A stretch of 64,000 nt of DNA from an uncultured delta proteobacterium (lineage in GTDB: Bacteria > Myxococcota_A > Polyangia > Haliangiales > Haliangiaceae), in NCBI GenBank assembly GCA_963848295.1, contig CAWKDB010000001.1:32001-96000 (forward strand). The letters are read 5' to 3'. A model generated the notes under the pieces. It was given only the letters and a program-made list of their open reading frames with translations, had not been told where the DNA came from and did no database searches. The translations under genes were made by a program, and so were the position numbers. Shown here piece after piece: positions 10,940 through 25,304 of this stretch (positions are counted from its first letter, which is position 1; every line of letters starts with the position of its first letter).

Positions 10940-12472
10940 GTGGCTCTCGAGCACGTCGCGCAAGGCCAGACCCGGTTCTTCACGCCGGGGGTCGCGCCGG
11001 ATCCGCGCGGGATCGTGCTCGGTCGTGTCTGCTTGATGACGTTTCCGACGCTCGAAGGCGCGATCGCTTGGTTGCGGCTGTACGCGTCGGAGGCTTCGCT
11101 CGACGAGCTGTTGTCCGGCTTGGCGATCACGAAGGCGAAGACCGCGCTCGGCAGCCGCGAGATCGTCGTGCAGATCCCCGCCGTGTCGTCGTATGCCGCG
11201 GATCGCGCGGCGCGGCTCGCTCGGCTCGTCGGCGGGGCGATCTACACCGGCACCGCGAAGCACTTCGTCAAGTACCGCGACGATCGCTCGCCGTATGGCT
11301 ACGACGCGGTCGACATCGGCGCGATGCCCGCCGCCGCTGACTTCGTGGTGCATGGCGACGAGTTCGCACAAGGCTACGAGCGCGAGGGCGACCTGCCGTT
11401 CGCGCGGCTGCTGTTCCGCCTGTCGATCCGAAAGATTCCGGGCGGAGAGCGGCTCGGGCCCGACGATCGTGCCGAGCTCTACCTCGCGGTCGCGCACGGC
11501 CTGTCCGACGGGATCATTCGCTACTTGTGGCGCAATCGGGTCGAGGCCCACGCCGGCATCTTCACGCCGAAGACGACGAGCGCGTTCGACGACCACGGCC
11601 GCGAGCGCGGCTACATGTGGATTCGCGCGCGCAACATGCCCGAGCGGATCCTCGCACTGTTCCTTGGCACGCCGGGCATCGATGTGTTTCGCGCCGCGGG
11701 TCCAGGGGCCGCGGTCGCGGTCGGTTATTCGCATCCGATCGATCTCGCGTCGTGCTCGTCGGTGTTTCCCGCCGACACGTTCCACGTATTCTGGCCCGGC
11801 GATCGCGTCGATGTGTTGCCGGGACCGCTCGCGCTTGCCGACATCGCCGATCTGACGCGCGTCGATCTCGAGCTCGACAAGCCGAGCGAGCCGCAAGCTC
11901 GCAACGGGGCGCCGCCCGAGCCGATCGGCGTGCCGCTGCGCATCGCGGTGGCGATGGGCCCGCCGCGGCGAGTCGTCGCGACGCTGATCGCGACCGAGCA
12001 TGCGAGTCGGCTCAAGCGCATCCTGTTCGCGTTGCCGCCGGTATCGTTGCGCGGCCATCGCGTCGCGATCACCGATCGCGGCATCCTCGTGATCGGCTCG
12101 GAGAACCTCGACGTCATCCCGCTCGGCCAGCTGCTGTGCGAGCTCACGCCTGGCTTGCTCGTCCCGCTCGGCATGGATGTCGTGCCGCGCGTGACGCCCG
12201 AAGTGCTCGCGCGCGCGCTCGGCCACGCCGCAGGCCTCGTCACCGTGTTCACCGCCGACGGCAAGCCGTTCCAGGTGTCCGAAGCCGCGTTCGTCACGCT
12301 CGAGCGCCGCTCGCTCGCCAAGCTCGACGTCGAGCAAGCCGAGACCACGAGCTACACCGCCGATCCGACGACCGCGCCCGAAGTCGTCAACGACGTCGTC
12401 GGTCGATTCGCGCTGTGGGGCTTCCCCGACGCGCCGGATCGCAAGCTGCTACCGCCGGGCTCTGGCAAGTAA
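10940..12472 (+). CDS. Conserved-looking hypothetical cytoplasmic protein, candidate accessory subunit of a MoxR/vWA system
   Basis: 510-aa ORF with typical codon usage and no signal peptide; its stop overlaps the next start (TAATG); tentative recollection of FtsH-ternary-system accessory domains. Confidence 0.6.
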   Translation: MALEHVAQGQTRFFTPGVAPDPRGIVLGRVCLMTFPTLEGAIAWLRLYASEASLDELLSGLAITKAKTALGSREIVVQIPAVSSYAADRAARLARLVGGAIYTGTAKHFVKYRDDRSPYGYDAVDIGAMPAAADFVVHGDEFAQGYEREGDLPFARLLFRLSIRKIPGGERLGPDDRAELYLAVAHGLSDGIIRYLWRNRVEAHAGIFTPKTTSAFDDHGRERGYMWIRARNMPERILALFLGTPGIDVFRAAGPGAAVAVGYSHPIDLASCSSVFPADTFHVFWPGDRVDVLPGPLALADIADLTRVDLELDKPSEPQARNGAPPEPIGVPLRIAVAMGPPRRVVATLIATEHASRLKRILFALPPVSLRGHRVAITDRGILVIGSENLDVIPLGQLLCELTPGLLVPLGMDVVPRVTPEVLARALGHAAGLVTVFTADGKPFQVSEAAFVTLERRSLAKLDVEQAETTSYTADPTTAPEVVNDVVGRFALWGFPDAPDRKLLPPGSGK

Positions 12473-13656
12473 TGGCGCGCCCGCACGTTCGCGACTTCCT
12501 CGACAAGTTCGTGCGCCCGCTCGTCGCTGGCGGCGAGCTCCACGTCGGCGTGCCGATCCCGCTCGCCGATGTCGAGCGCTGGGAGCAGGAGCTCGACGAC
12601 GCGAGCGTCGAGCAAGTCGCGGTCGATGACGCGCGCGCCGCGGTGCTCGCCCCGCTCGTCGTTCGACCGCCGGCGCTGCTGCTCGGTGCCGACGAGCTCG
12701 CGCTCGCGGCCGGGTTGCACGACGCGCTGTTCCTCGTTCACCCGCGCGCCGATCGGTGGTCGGTGACCGATCGCCAGCGCCGCAAGATCGTCGATACCGC
12801 GCTCTCGCTCGTCAGCCAGCCGCTGACCCGCGATCGCACGCGGATCATGGCGCGCCACGCGCTGCTCCATAACTTGATGGCGCTGACCCGCAACGACATC
12901 ACGGTGTCGTGGTGGACGGGGCGTGCGCGTTTCCAAGGTCAGAAGCCTCCGGCGCGGTTGACCGCGTGGCGCGGCGTGCGGCGCGTGCGAGAAGAGGTGA
13001 CGGTCGCGGACTTCGACGAGCTGCTCGCCGTACCCGACACCGCGCCGGTGATCGCGACGCTGTTGCGCCGCACGCCGTTGACCCAACTGCTCGACGATCA
13101 TCCCGGTGCGCCGCCGCTGCACTGGGAAGATGCGGTGTTCGTGTTGCGCGATCACGAGCTCGCCCGTGGCGTCGCGTATCGCCTCGTTCCCGATGCGGCG
13201 GCGCGCGAGCAGGTCACCGGTCCGGCCCGGCTCGCCGCCGCGTTCGAGCAGATGCTCGAGCGCGCGCCGGATGAAGCCGACGTGCGCGCGGTCGCGGCAT
13301 TTCTCGTCTACCTCGGCGCGCTGTTCTGCCTCGGCGAGCTCCACCTGCGCGAGCCGGCAGCGAAGAGCCCGCTGTTGTCGACCGTGCTCTCGGTCGAGGC
13401 GATCGGCCAGCGGCCCCGCGGCCTCGCGACGCTGTTCGCGCTGCCCGGTGCACTCGCCACGGTCGATCCACGGCTTGCGACCCCGCCCGGGCTCGCCGAC
13501 TCGCCGGCGCTCGCAGCGCGGTGGCGCGTTCACCGCGCACAAGCCTCCGAGCTGCTCGGCGACGCGGTGATCGAAGCGCTCGCGAACCGCTTGCGCCGGC
13601 ACCTAAAACCGGGGACGGAAGAATCTTTGTCAACCGGAGTTCAGACGCAGACCTAG
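12472..13656 (+). CDS. Hypothetical cytoplasmic helical protein, candidate accessory subunit of a MoxR/vWA system
   Basis: 394-aa ORF translationally coupled to the upstream gene; conserved-looking core ARHALLHNL..LTR.D..VSWWTG. Confidence 0.6.
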   Translation: MARPHVRDFLDKFVRPLVAGGELHVGVPIPLADVERWEQELDDASVEQVAVDDARAAVLAPLVVRPPALLLGADELALAAGLHDALFLVHPRADRWSVTDRQRRKIVDTALSLVSQPLTRDRTRIMARHALLHNLMALTRNDITVSWWTGRARFQGQKPPARLTAWRGVRRVREEVTVADFDELLAVPDTAPVIATLLRRTPLTQLLDDHPGAPPLHWEDAVFVLRDHELARGVAYRLVPDAAAREQVTGPARLAAAFEQMLERAPDEADVRAVAAFLVYLGALFCLGELHLREPAAKSPLLSTVLSVEAIGQRPRGLATLFALPGALATVDPRLATPPGLADSPALAARWRVHRAQASELLGDAVIEALANRLRRHLKPGTEESLSTGVQTQT

Positions 13657-13702
13657 CGATCTCGAACACTTGTCGGGGGACGGAGGAATCTTTGTCAACC
13701 GG
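13611..13702. repeat. Direct repeat pair, 27 bp, 38-bp spacer
   Basis: GGGGACGGA(A/G)GAATCTTTGTCAACCGG at 13611-13637 and 13676-13702, one mismatch. Confidence 0.95.
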
Positions 13703-13727
13703 CCACCGCACGCGGCGCACGACCTGC

Positions 13728-15035
13728 CTACCCCGGATCGATCGGCGCGGCGAGTTGCTCGCGAATGATCTCGCCCCACGGAGCGCGCGCGCCGAGCTGC
13801 GCGAGCACCGCGAACAGTCCCCACTGCAGGCGATTGAGGAACAGCCACTCGGGCGGCATCGCGAGCTTCATGCGATTCGGATTGTCGAACATCTGCACGC
13901 TGAAGCTCTCGGTCACGAAGCCGGGCGTGAACCCGAACCCGGGCTCGAGGAACGGTCGATACAACGTCCGCAGCGCGTTCCACTGGTAGTCCCAGTCGAA
14001 GCCGCGCTCCTTGCCGACAAACCCGAGCGTGCGAAAACCGGACGCGAAGCCAGCGCGATCGCCGGCGAGCACCGAGCTCGCCATCTGTTTCCACACCGCG
14101 ATCATCGCGGGCTCGAAGCGACGAACGCAACCGAAATCCAAGAACGTCACGTCGCCGGCGGGCGTTACCAAGTAATTCCCCGGGTGCGGATCGGCGTTGT
14201 AGATGCAGCGGCGGAACAGCAGCTCGAACGACGCGCGGAACACGAGCTCGCCGGCGCGATCGCGCGCCGCTTGGTCGCCGGTCGTCGCGAACGCGGGCAG
14301 CGGCATCGAGCGGTCGAGCTCGCTCGTCAGCACGCGCCGGCTCGAGCGCTCGGCGATCACCGCGGGAACGTTCGCGCCGGGCAGAGCCGCGAGTAGCGCC
14401 GCGAAGTCGCGCTGGTTGCGCGCCTCGCGCTCGTAATCGCACTCCTCGAGCAAGCGATCGCGGAGCTCGCGCACGAGCTCGCCGCCGCTGACCGGCGAGC
14501 CGATCATCGACAGCCGAGCGAGCGCGCCGACCGTACGCAGATCGCTGCGAATCGCGTCTTCGATCCCCGGGTACTGCACCTTGACCGCGAGCTCTTGGCC
14601 GCGCCACCGCGCGCGGTGCACTTGCCCGATCGATGCCGCGGCGAACGGCCGTGGCTCGAGCTCGTCGAACAGCTCGCCGGTGGGCGCCCCGAGCTCGCTG
14701 CGCACGACCTCATCGATCCGCGCGAACGTCATCGGGGTCGACGCCGACTGCAGCTCGGCGAGCACTTCCTGCGCCTCGGGAGGCAGCGCGCCCGGCATGT
14801 AGCTCGCGATCTGGCCGGCCTTCATCACGAGGCCCTTGAGCTGGCCCATGCGCGCGACCAGCTGCTTCGCCGACGCGATCGTCGCGGCGCGGCTCGCGAG
14901 CGCGGCGTCGGGGTCCGGTGGCTTGCCGCGAAAGAACACGCGACCGGCGGCCTTCATCCCGAGCTTGCTGGTCAGGCTCGCGGTCGACCACACACGACCC
15001 AGGCCGCCGCGCAGCTTGTCGAGATCGTCTGCCAC
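13728..15035 (-). CDS. AarF/ABC1/UbiB-family atypical kinase
   Basis: KGLVMKAGQ (KxGQ), AAASIGQVHRA, AVKVQYPG, ADPHPGNY, LDFG. Confidence 0.92.
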   Translation of the reverse strand: MADDLDKLRGGLGRVWSTASLTSKLGMKAAGRVFFRGKPPDPDAALASRAATIASAKQLVARMGQLKGLVMKAGQIASYMPGALPPEAQEVLAELQSASTPMTFARIDEVVRSELGAPTGELFDELEPRPFAAASIGQVHRARWRGQELAVKVQYPGIEDAIRSDLRTVGALARLSMIGSPVSGGELVRELRDRLLEECDYEREARNQRDFAALLAALPGANVPAVIAERSSRRVLTSELDRSMPLPAFATTGDQAARDRAGELVFRASFELLFRRCIYNADPHPGNYLVTPAGDVTFLDFGCVRRFEPAMIAVWKQMASSVLAGDRAGFASGFRTLGFVGKERGFDWDYQWNALRTLYRPFLEPGFGFTPGFVTESFSVQMFDNPNRMKLAMPPEWLFLNRLQWGLFAVLAQLGARAPWGEIIREQLAAPIDPG

Positions 15036-15073
15036 CCCGATACGATGCAGGGCCCGCCGCGGTCGTTGCGCAG

Positions 15074-16786
15074 CTAGTGCTTGCGCTCTTCGATCGCGAC
15101 GTGAACGGCGCGCTCCGCGTTGCGGATGTGTCCATTCGCGCGGCCGCGCAGGCCCTTGGCCCAGTTGTCGTCTTCGCGCTTCTCGATGTCGTCCGCCGCC
15201 TTGTGGAGCAGCTCCTCGGCCTGGCGCAGGCGATTGCGATGCGACAGCTTCGCATCGACCGGCGGGTGCTCGGTGAGCGGCTTGCCGTCGTCGATCGACG
15301 CGCCCTTGATCTCGTTGATCGCGCCGTCGATCTCGCGGACCGCGCTCTGCTCGTCCCACTTGACCTCGGGCTTCGCCGGCTTCTCGAGCAGGAAGCGCGC
15401 GAGGCGCAGGTCGCTGAGCGCGTGGAGATACGCCGGATGATCGCCCGGGCCCGGGGCAGGCGCCATCGTCATGCCAGCCGCGTCAGCGCGCTCGCCGATC
15501 GCGGCGCGAACCGCTTGCTCCGCGGCGCGAATGCGACCGACCGCGCGGTTGCGCAAGCCCTTGGCCCAGTTGTCGTCTTCGCGCTTCTCGATGTCGTCGG
15601 CCGACTTGTGGAGCAGGTCCATCGCCTGGCGCAAGCGATCGCGGTGCGGCAGCTTCGCATCGACCGGCGGGTGGTCGGTGAGCGGCTTGCCGTCATCGAT
15701 CGACGCGTCGCGGATCTCCTTCAGCGCGCCATCGATATCGCGGATCGCGGCTCTCTCGTCCCACTTGACGTCCGGGCGAGCCGGCTTCGCCAGTAGGAAG
15801 CGCGCGAACCGCAGGTCGCTCATCGCGTGCAGGTACGCGGGGTGATCGCCCGGGCCCGCGCCCACCGGCGCGACGACCGCGACCGGCGCTTCGTGCAACC
15901 GCTTCGCGTCTTGCATGCCTTCGCGGATCGCCTGGTCGGCGCGGTTGATGTGCTCGAGCGACGCGCGCTTCAGCTTGCGGACCTCCGGGCTGTCCTCGGC
16001 TTGGTTGACGTCGGCGCGCGCTGCGGCGACGAGCTCGGCGGCCTTGCCGAGGCGACCGCCCCACGTCGGGATGTCGAGCGGCGGGTGATCCTCGAGTGGC
16101 TTGCCGTCGTCGATCGAGGCGTGCTTGATCTCGTTGATCGCCGCGTCGAGCTGGCGGATCGCGCGGTTCTCGTCCCACTTCACGGCGAGGCCGGCCGGGC
16201 GCGATAGCCAACCGCGCGCCGCGCGCAGATCGCTCAGCGCGTGGAGGTAGGCGGGGTGCTTCGGCGGCGGGCCCACCGGCGCGACAACCGCGACGGGCGC
16301 GCTGGCATCGGCGATGCCTTCTTTGATGTCGTTCGCGGCGCCATCGATCTGACCGAGCGCGCGATTACGCAGGCCACCGGCGAACGCGTTGTCCTCTTCT
16401 TGGTTGACGTCGCGATGCGCGGTCTCGACGAGCTCGAGCGCTTTTTGCAGGCGACCACCCCAGACCATGCCGGCGTCGACCATCGGGTGATCTTCGATCG
16501 GCTTTCCATCATCGATCGAGGCGCGCTTGATCTCGTTGATCGCGTTGTCGATCTGCCGGATCGCGCGATTCTCGTCCCACTTGACGACCGTGCCAGCGGG
16601 GCGTGCGAGGTAGCCGCGCGCGGCGCGCAGATCGCTCAGCGCGCGCAGGTACGACGGGTGCGCGGACGGCGCCACGGCGACGGCAACCGGCACGGGACGA
16701 ACCGGCGCGACCGGTGCGGGCGAGGTCGCGACCGTGGCGGTGCAACCGGCGGCAAACAACGTAGCGAGTAGCAAGCGATGCTTCAT
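15074..16786 (-). CDS. Lipoprotein built from four tandem ~135-aa helical repeats
   Basis: Lipobox AAGC; four copies of HP(A/S)YL.A.SDLR.AR...WDE..AIR.ID.AI.EIK.ASIDDGKP..DHP. Confidence 0.85.
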   Translation of the reverse strand: MKHRLLLATLFAAGCTATVATSPAPVAPVRPVPVAVAVAPSAHPSYLRALSDLRAARGYLARPAGTVVKWDENRAIRQIDNAINEIKRASIDDGKPIEDHPMVDAGMVWGGRLQKALELVETAHRDVNQEEDNAFAGGLRNRALGQIDGAANDIKEGIADASAPVAVVAPVGPPPKHPAYLHALSDLRAARGWLSRPAGLAVKWDENRAIRQLDAAINEIKHASIDDGKPLEDHPPLDIPTWGGRLGKAAELVAAARADVNQAEDSPEVRKLKRASLEHINRADQAIREGMQDAKRLHEAPVAVVAPVGAGPGDHPAYLHAMSDLRFARFLLAKPARPDVKWDERAAIRDIDGALKEIRDASIDDGKPLTDHPPVDAKLPHRDRLRQAMDLLHKSADDIEKREDDNWAKGLRNRAVGRIRAAEQAVRAAIGERADAAGMTMAPAPGPGDHPAYLHALSDLRLARFLLEKPAKPEVKWDEQSAVREIDGAINEIKGASIDDGKPLTEHPPVDAKLSHRNRLRQAEELLHKAADDIEKREDDNWAKGLRGRANGHIRNAERAVHVAIEERKH

Positions 16787-16824
16787 GGTCTTCACCCTTT
16801 GTGGATAAGTGATACGCGGGACAC

Positions 16825-16840
16825 TGCACGGTCTGCGCCG
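16825..16840 (-). promoter_or_regulatory. Putative sigma54 -24/-12 promoter of the repeat lipoprotein
   Basis: Minus strand CGGCGCAGACCGTGCA = GG-N10-GC, about 40 nt upstream of ATG 16786. Confidence 0.45.
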
Positions 16841-17040
16841 ACGAGGCGATCGCTATGCCCTCGGATTAACTCGGTCCCGCCGAGGCCTTGTCGCGTCAGC
16901 TTGCCTCACCACGAGGCGATCTGACCGCGGCAGTGAGGCATACTCAGGTCATCCTCACCGCGGTCGCTTCGCTATCGATTGAGGTAAGGTCGCTCGCCCA
17001 TGGTCGCCCCCCCACGACGCCGCGCAGCTTCGCGATCGAC

Positions 17041-18228
<1,188 letters not shown>

Positions 18229-18243
18229 CTACCCGGCCTCTCC

Positions 18244-18639
18244 ATGATCCCCGCCGCAGCGTCCAACCCCCAGCCCGTGTTGAAGGTCGCGATCTTCGAC
18301 GATGTGGTTGCGGCGCGCAGCGAGCAGTTTCATATCCCCGGCCTGGCGGTCGACGTGTTCGCGCATGCCGACGACGCGGTCGGCAACTGCACGCGCGGTA
18401 GCTACGACCTCGTGTTCATGGACTTCGCGATGGGCCCCGGCCGCAAGGATGGCGCGACGGCTTGTCGCGAGCTCCGGGGCGCCGGCTTTCGCGGCAAGCT
18501 GATCGGGATCTCGAGCGACCCGGCGGCGAACGCATCGATGAAGTCGTCGGGCGCGGACGAGTCACTCGGCAGCAAAGCGCACCTTCGCAGCTATCTCGTT
18601 CACGTCGGCGGCAAGCACCTCGCCGCGCACCGCGCGTAG
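18244..18639 (+). CDS. Stand-alone response-regulator receiver domain protein
   Basis: AIFDD acidic pocket, YDLVFMD phospho-acceptor, IGISS, GAD...K. Confidence 0.8.
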   Translation: MIPAAASNPQPVLKVAIFDDVVAARSEQFHIPGLAVDVFAHADDAVGNCTRGSYDLVFMDFAMGPGRKDGATACRELRGAGFRGKLIGISSDPAANASMKSSGADESLGSKAHLRSYLVHVGGKHLAAHRA

Positions 18640-18650
18640 CTACGCAGCCG

Positions 18651-19109
18651 TTACTGCTTGCCGAGCGCGACGGCCCGCCAGTGCGCGATCTCTTCGGGCT
18701 TCGGTGGCGAGAACGCGTTGGTATCCCGATCGGGCGATCGCTGGATTTCCGCGTAACGGAGCAGCTTCGCGAATCGCGCGTGATCGACGTGGTCGCCCGG
18801 CTGGACCGATGACATCGCCGCGTAGAGTGCGAGGTCGATCACGACCGGCGTCATCTCCCCCTTAGCGGCTTCTTCGATCAAGGGCTCGACCGGGCAACCT
18901 GGCGGACCGATCAGCGCCATCAGAACCAGATCGACTCCGAGAACTTCCGGGCTCTTGACCTCGCGTGCAGCCGGGGCTGGCTTGGCCGGCGGAGCCGCCG
19001 CTGTCGCAGGGATGACGGCGGCCCGCTCGACGATCGGCGTCGGCGTCGGCGTCGGGCAGTCACGCGTGCATCCGACCAATAGGAGCACGAGCCCGTAGTT
19101 GCGAAGCAT
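18651..19109 (-). CDS. Hypothetical lipoprotein
   Basis: Lipobox LVGC followed by a Pro/Ala linker. Confidence 0.55.
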   Translation of the reverse strand: MLRNYGLVLLLVGCTRDCPTPTPTPIVERAAVIPATAAAPPAKPAPAAREVKSPEVLGVDLVLMALIGPPGCPVEPLIEEAAKGEMTPVVIDLALYAAMSSVQPGDHVDHARFAKLLRYAEIQRSPDRDTNAFSPPKPEEIAHWRAVALGKQ

Positions 19110-19151
19110 GCGCGCATCTTACGGCACCCGAGAACCGAGGATGGTGAATTG

Positions 19152-20378
19152 CTATGGCGCGAAGCCCGCGGCCGAGGTCGTGAAGATCTCGCCGGCGGCC
19201 GGCGTCGGCACGATCACGCTCTGGAAGATCGATTCGACGTAGAGCCCGGCGCTGGCGAGCGAGCCGTAATCAGCCACGTCGGTCGACGACACGATCGTCT
19301 GGTTCGCGGTCAGCATGCTCGGGTCCGAAGGCGCGGTGAACAGCGAGCCGGCATCGGTGCTGATCTGCGGGAACGCGACCGCGGTGATGTCGGTCGGCAA
19401 CACGATGTCCCAAACGATGTTTTGCATCGGGCCCTGCCACGCGAGCTGGACGTCGGAAGCCGCCGCCGCGAACGTCGGTGCGGTCCACGTCAGCGCCAGC
19501 GTGGTCAGATCGCCGAGCGCGAGCGATGGCGTGATCGCCGGCAGCGGGAAATCGGTGGTCGAGAAGTTGATCGCGGTCGGCGCGCCGGCGATGTCGAGCG
19601 TGGTCACGACGTTGCCGACCGTCGCGTGGACGACCGCGGCGTCGACCGCGAGCCCGTCGTAGAGCATGCCCGTCACTCCGAGCGGACCCTGACCGTACGG
19701 CAGGCCGTCGACGAGCTGCGCCCAATCGAGCGTCGGCGTGACCCCGGTGAGCGTGACCGGGATCTCGGTGCCGGTCGTCGACCACGTCGCAGGTGCGAGC
19801 ATCCCGTCGCCGGACGACAGATCGGCCTCGCCTGCGACGTAGCCGATCACTTGCTGCGGCGTGCTCGCGTCGTACGCGAGCACGAGCGCGTCGACGATCG
19901 TGTCGGTCCCTTCACACGGCGCGATGACGGTGACGGTGTCGGGCATCGTCGTCGTCGCGATCGCGTTGCAGCCGAGCTCGATCGCGTACGCCGCCGCGGG
20001 GATCGAGGTCATCGGCGCCACGGTCAGCGCACCGGCGACGACCGCGACGTTCGGATCGGCCGGCCCGTGGATCGTGATCGTCGCGCCGGCGGCGGGCGCG
20101 AGCGTCGTGATCACCGACAGCGTCGTCGTCTCCGGGACGAGCTGGCCGGGGAACACCACGGTGATCAACGAGCCATCGATGACGCCGATCGTCGCGGTGC
20201 CGGTCGCATCGGCGGTCTGCTGATCGAGGATCGAGCCGTCCGCGTCGTGCGAGACCACCGTGACGCCACCCTCGGGCGCTTCGCCGCCGATCGCGATCAC
20301 CGTCGCGGTCGTCGTGGGCGGAGCAGGCGCGTTGCTGCAGCCGGCGAACAGCGCGACGAGGGCGAGCGAGCGAGCCAT
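19152..20378 (-). CDS. Hypothetical beta-rich, Thr/Ala-rich lipoprotein
   Basis: Lipobox FAGC; Ig-like beta-strand composition. Confidence 0.65.
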   Translation of the reverse strand: MARSLALVALFAGCSNAPAPPTTTATVIAIGGEAPEGGVTVVSHDADGSILDQQTADATGTATIGVIDGSLITVVFPGQLVPETTTLSVITTLAPAAGATITIHGPADPNVAVVAGALTVAPMTSIPAAAYAIELGCNAIATTTMPDTVTVIAPCEGTDTIVDALVLAYDASTPQQVIGYVAGEADLSSGDGMLAPATWSTTGTEIPVTLTGVTPTLDWAQLVDGLPYGQGPLGVTGMLYDGLAVDAAVVHATVGNVVTTLDIAGAPTAINFSTTDFPLPAITPSLALGDLTTLALTWTAPTFAAAASDVQLAWQGPMQNIVWDIVLPTDITAVAFPQISTDAGSLFTAPSDPSMLTANQTIVSSTDVADYGSLASAGLYVESIFQSVIVPTPAAGEIFTTSAAGFAP

Positions 20379-20446
20379 CGCGCGAACGCTACTCCACCCG
20401 GGCCGGACATCGTTGAGGAACGATGCCCCATGCTAGGGTTTCCGCC

Positions 20447-21964
<1,518 letters not shown>

Positions 21965-21979
21965 GCGCGCGACCGCCCG

Positions 21980-22492
21980 CTACGGCTTCTTCTTCTTGAA
22001 CACGCCGACCCGGTCCATCGTCGCGATGAACGCCGGATCGCTGCCGCACGCCTTGCGGATGGCCTGATCCTTCGCCTCCGCGTCGGCCATCGTGACGTGG
22101 TGCTGATCGAGCCAGCCATGCATCTCTGCCATCGTCGCGGTCTTGTGCTTCATCAGCTCGCTCTTGACGTCGGCTTCGCCGGCCGGATCGAGCGCGATCA
22201 GCTGCGCCGTGGCGTGACGAATCTTCGTGGCGAGCGGTTCGAGCGTGATCAGCCGATCGATCTGGGCCTTGCAGTCTCCGTCGAACGCCATCGTGACCGG
22301 CATCGCGGCCTTCGCGTACGTCAGGCTGTCGTTCGCGATCTGCTCGATCAGCTGCCTCGCCGCCGGAGACAAGGCCGACCCAGGGTCAGCGTTCGAGACC
22401 TCCATCGACTTCGCCGCCGGGGCTGGGTTTGTCTTTTCGCACGCGGCGACGGCGAGGCATCCGGCGAGCGCGACGGCGATCGTTCGACTCAT
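21980..22492 (-). CDS. Hypothetical helical lipoprotein
   Basis: Lipobox VAAC; two further Cys in the mature part. Confidence 0.6.
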   Translation of the reverse strand: MSRTIAVALAGCLAVAACEKTNPAPAAKSMEVSNADPGSALSPAARQLIEQIANDSLTYAKAAMPVTMAFDGDCKAQIDRLITLEPLATKIRHATAQLIALDPAGEADVKSELMKHKTATMAEMHGWLDQHHVTMADAEAKDQAIRKACGSDPAFIATMDRVGVFKKKKP

Positions 22493-22507
22493 ACCGCCGT
22501 CTCTAGC

Positions 22508-24337
<1,830 letters not shown>

Positions 24338-24392
24338 TCGCGACGCCGACGCCCCGGCTCCGGTCGCGTCATGCGACCCGAGACGCGCTATC

Positions 24393-25304
24393 ATGGCCGC
24401 CATGGTGCGTTTTGCGCTCGTGACTGCATTGCTCGCGATGTTCGGCGGGTGCGATTCGAAGGCGAAGGCGTCGGATCCGGGTCAGAAGTCGAAGGAGTAC
24501 GAGACCTGCTCGGCGAGCGCCCAGTGCGTGGGCGAGCTGCGTTGCTTCGACCACGCGTGCCGGCGCGTCATGCGCTCGACGGTCGGCGATTACTTCGCCG
24601 CGGTCGGTTCGCGCGCGCTCGCGAGCCACGACACCGACGGCGCGATCGACGCGTATAACCGCGCGCTCGGTCACTACGACAGCGAAAAGATTCCGCTGCC
24701 GCCCGATATCGACTGCGCCTACGGCACGGCGCTCGCCGCCGGCCGCGGCAAGAAAGAGCACGCCGAGCTCGGAGCGCGCGTGCTGCACCGCTGTCTGCTC
24801 GCGCTGCCCGCGAGCGGTGGCTTGCGCGATCAGGCGCTCGCCGATCTCGCGTCGCTCGCCGACTCCGGCCTCGATCCGCTCGCGCTCGGCCGCAGCCAGC
24901 TCGCCGACGTGTACCTGACCCGCCAGCCAGCGCCGCCGACCGATGCCGGCGTCACCGTGACTGCGAGCCCGGCGGTGACCGGCAAGTCGTACCAAGCCAT
25001 TCCCGACAAGCTCGCCGAGGCCGACGTCAAGGCGGCGCTGCTCGCGTGCTTCAACACGTACACCGCGGCGGCGCACAAGGACGCGTTGGCCACCGCGATC
25101 GGCGTCAGGGTCGCGTACATTCCGTCGGAGTACGAGGACGAAGCGGGGAGCTTCGCGATCAAGATCGAGCCCGCGCCGGCGATGCCTGCCGGACCCGAAG
25201 CGACCGCCGATCAATGCGTGCGCGCCGTGGCGGAGCCCGCGATCAAAGGGCTGACCACGCTGCGCGATGCGTTCACCACGAAGCTGACGATCACGATCAA
25301 GTAG
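24393..25304 (+). CDS. Hypothetical lipoprotein with Cys-rich N-terminal module and TPR-like region
   Basis: Signal ending FGGC; C-x5-C-x5-C-x4-C cluster. Confidence 0.6.
   Translation: MAAMVRFALVTALLAMFGGCDSKAKASDPGQKSKEYETCSASAQCVGELRCFDHACRRVMRSTVGDYFAAVGSRALASHDTDGAIDAYNRALGHYDSEKIPLPPDIDCAYGTALAAGRGKKEHAELGARVLHRCLLALPASGGLRDQALADLASLADSGLDPLALGRSQLADVYLTRQPAPPTDAGVTVTASPAVTGKSYQAIPDKLAEADVKAALLACFNTYTAAAHKDALATAIGVRVAYIPSEYEDEAGSFAIKIEPAPAMPAGPEATADQCVRAVAEPAIKGLTTLRDAFTTKLTITIK

Noticed and set aside
16800..16808. Perfect DnaA box (TTATCCACA on the minus strand)
   Set aside because: Single copy, no box cluster, AT-rich unwinding element or dnaA/dnaN nearby; insufficient for an origin or regulatory call
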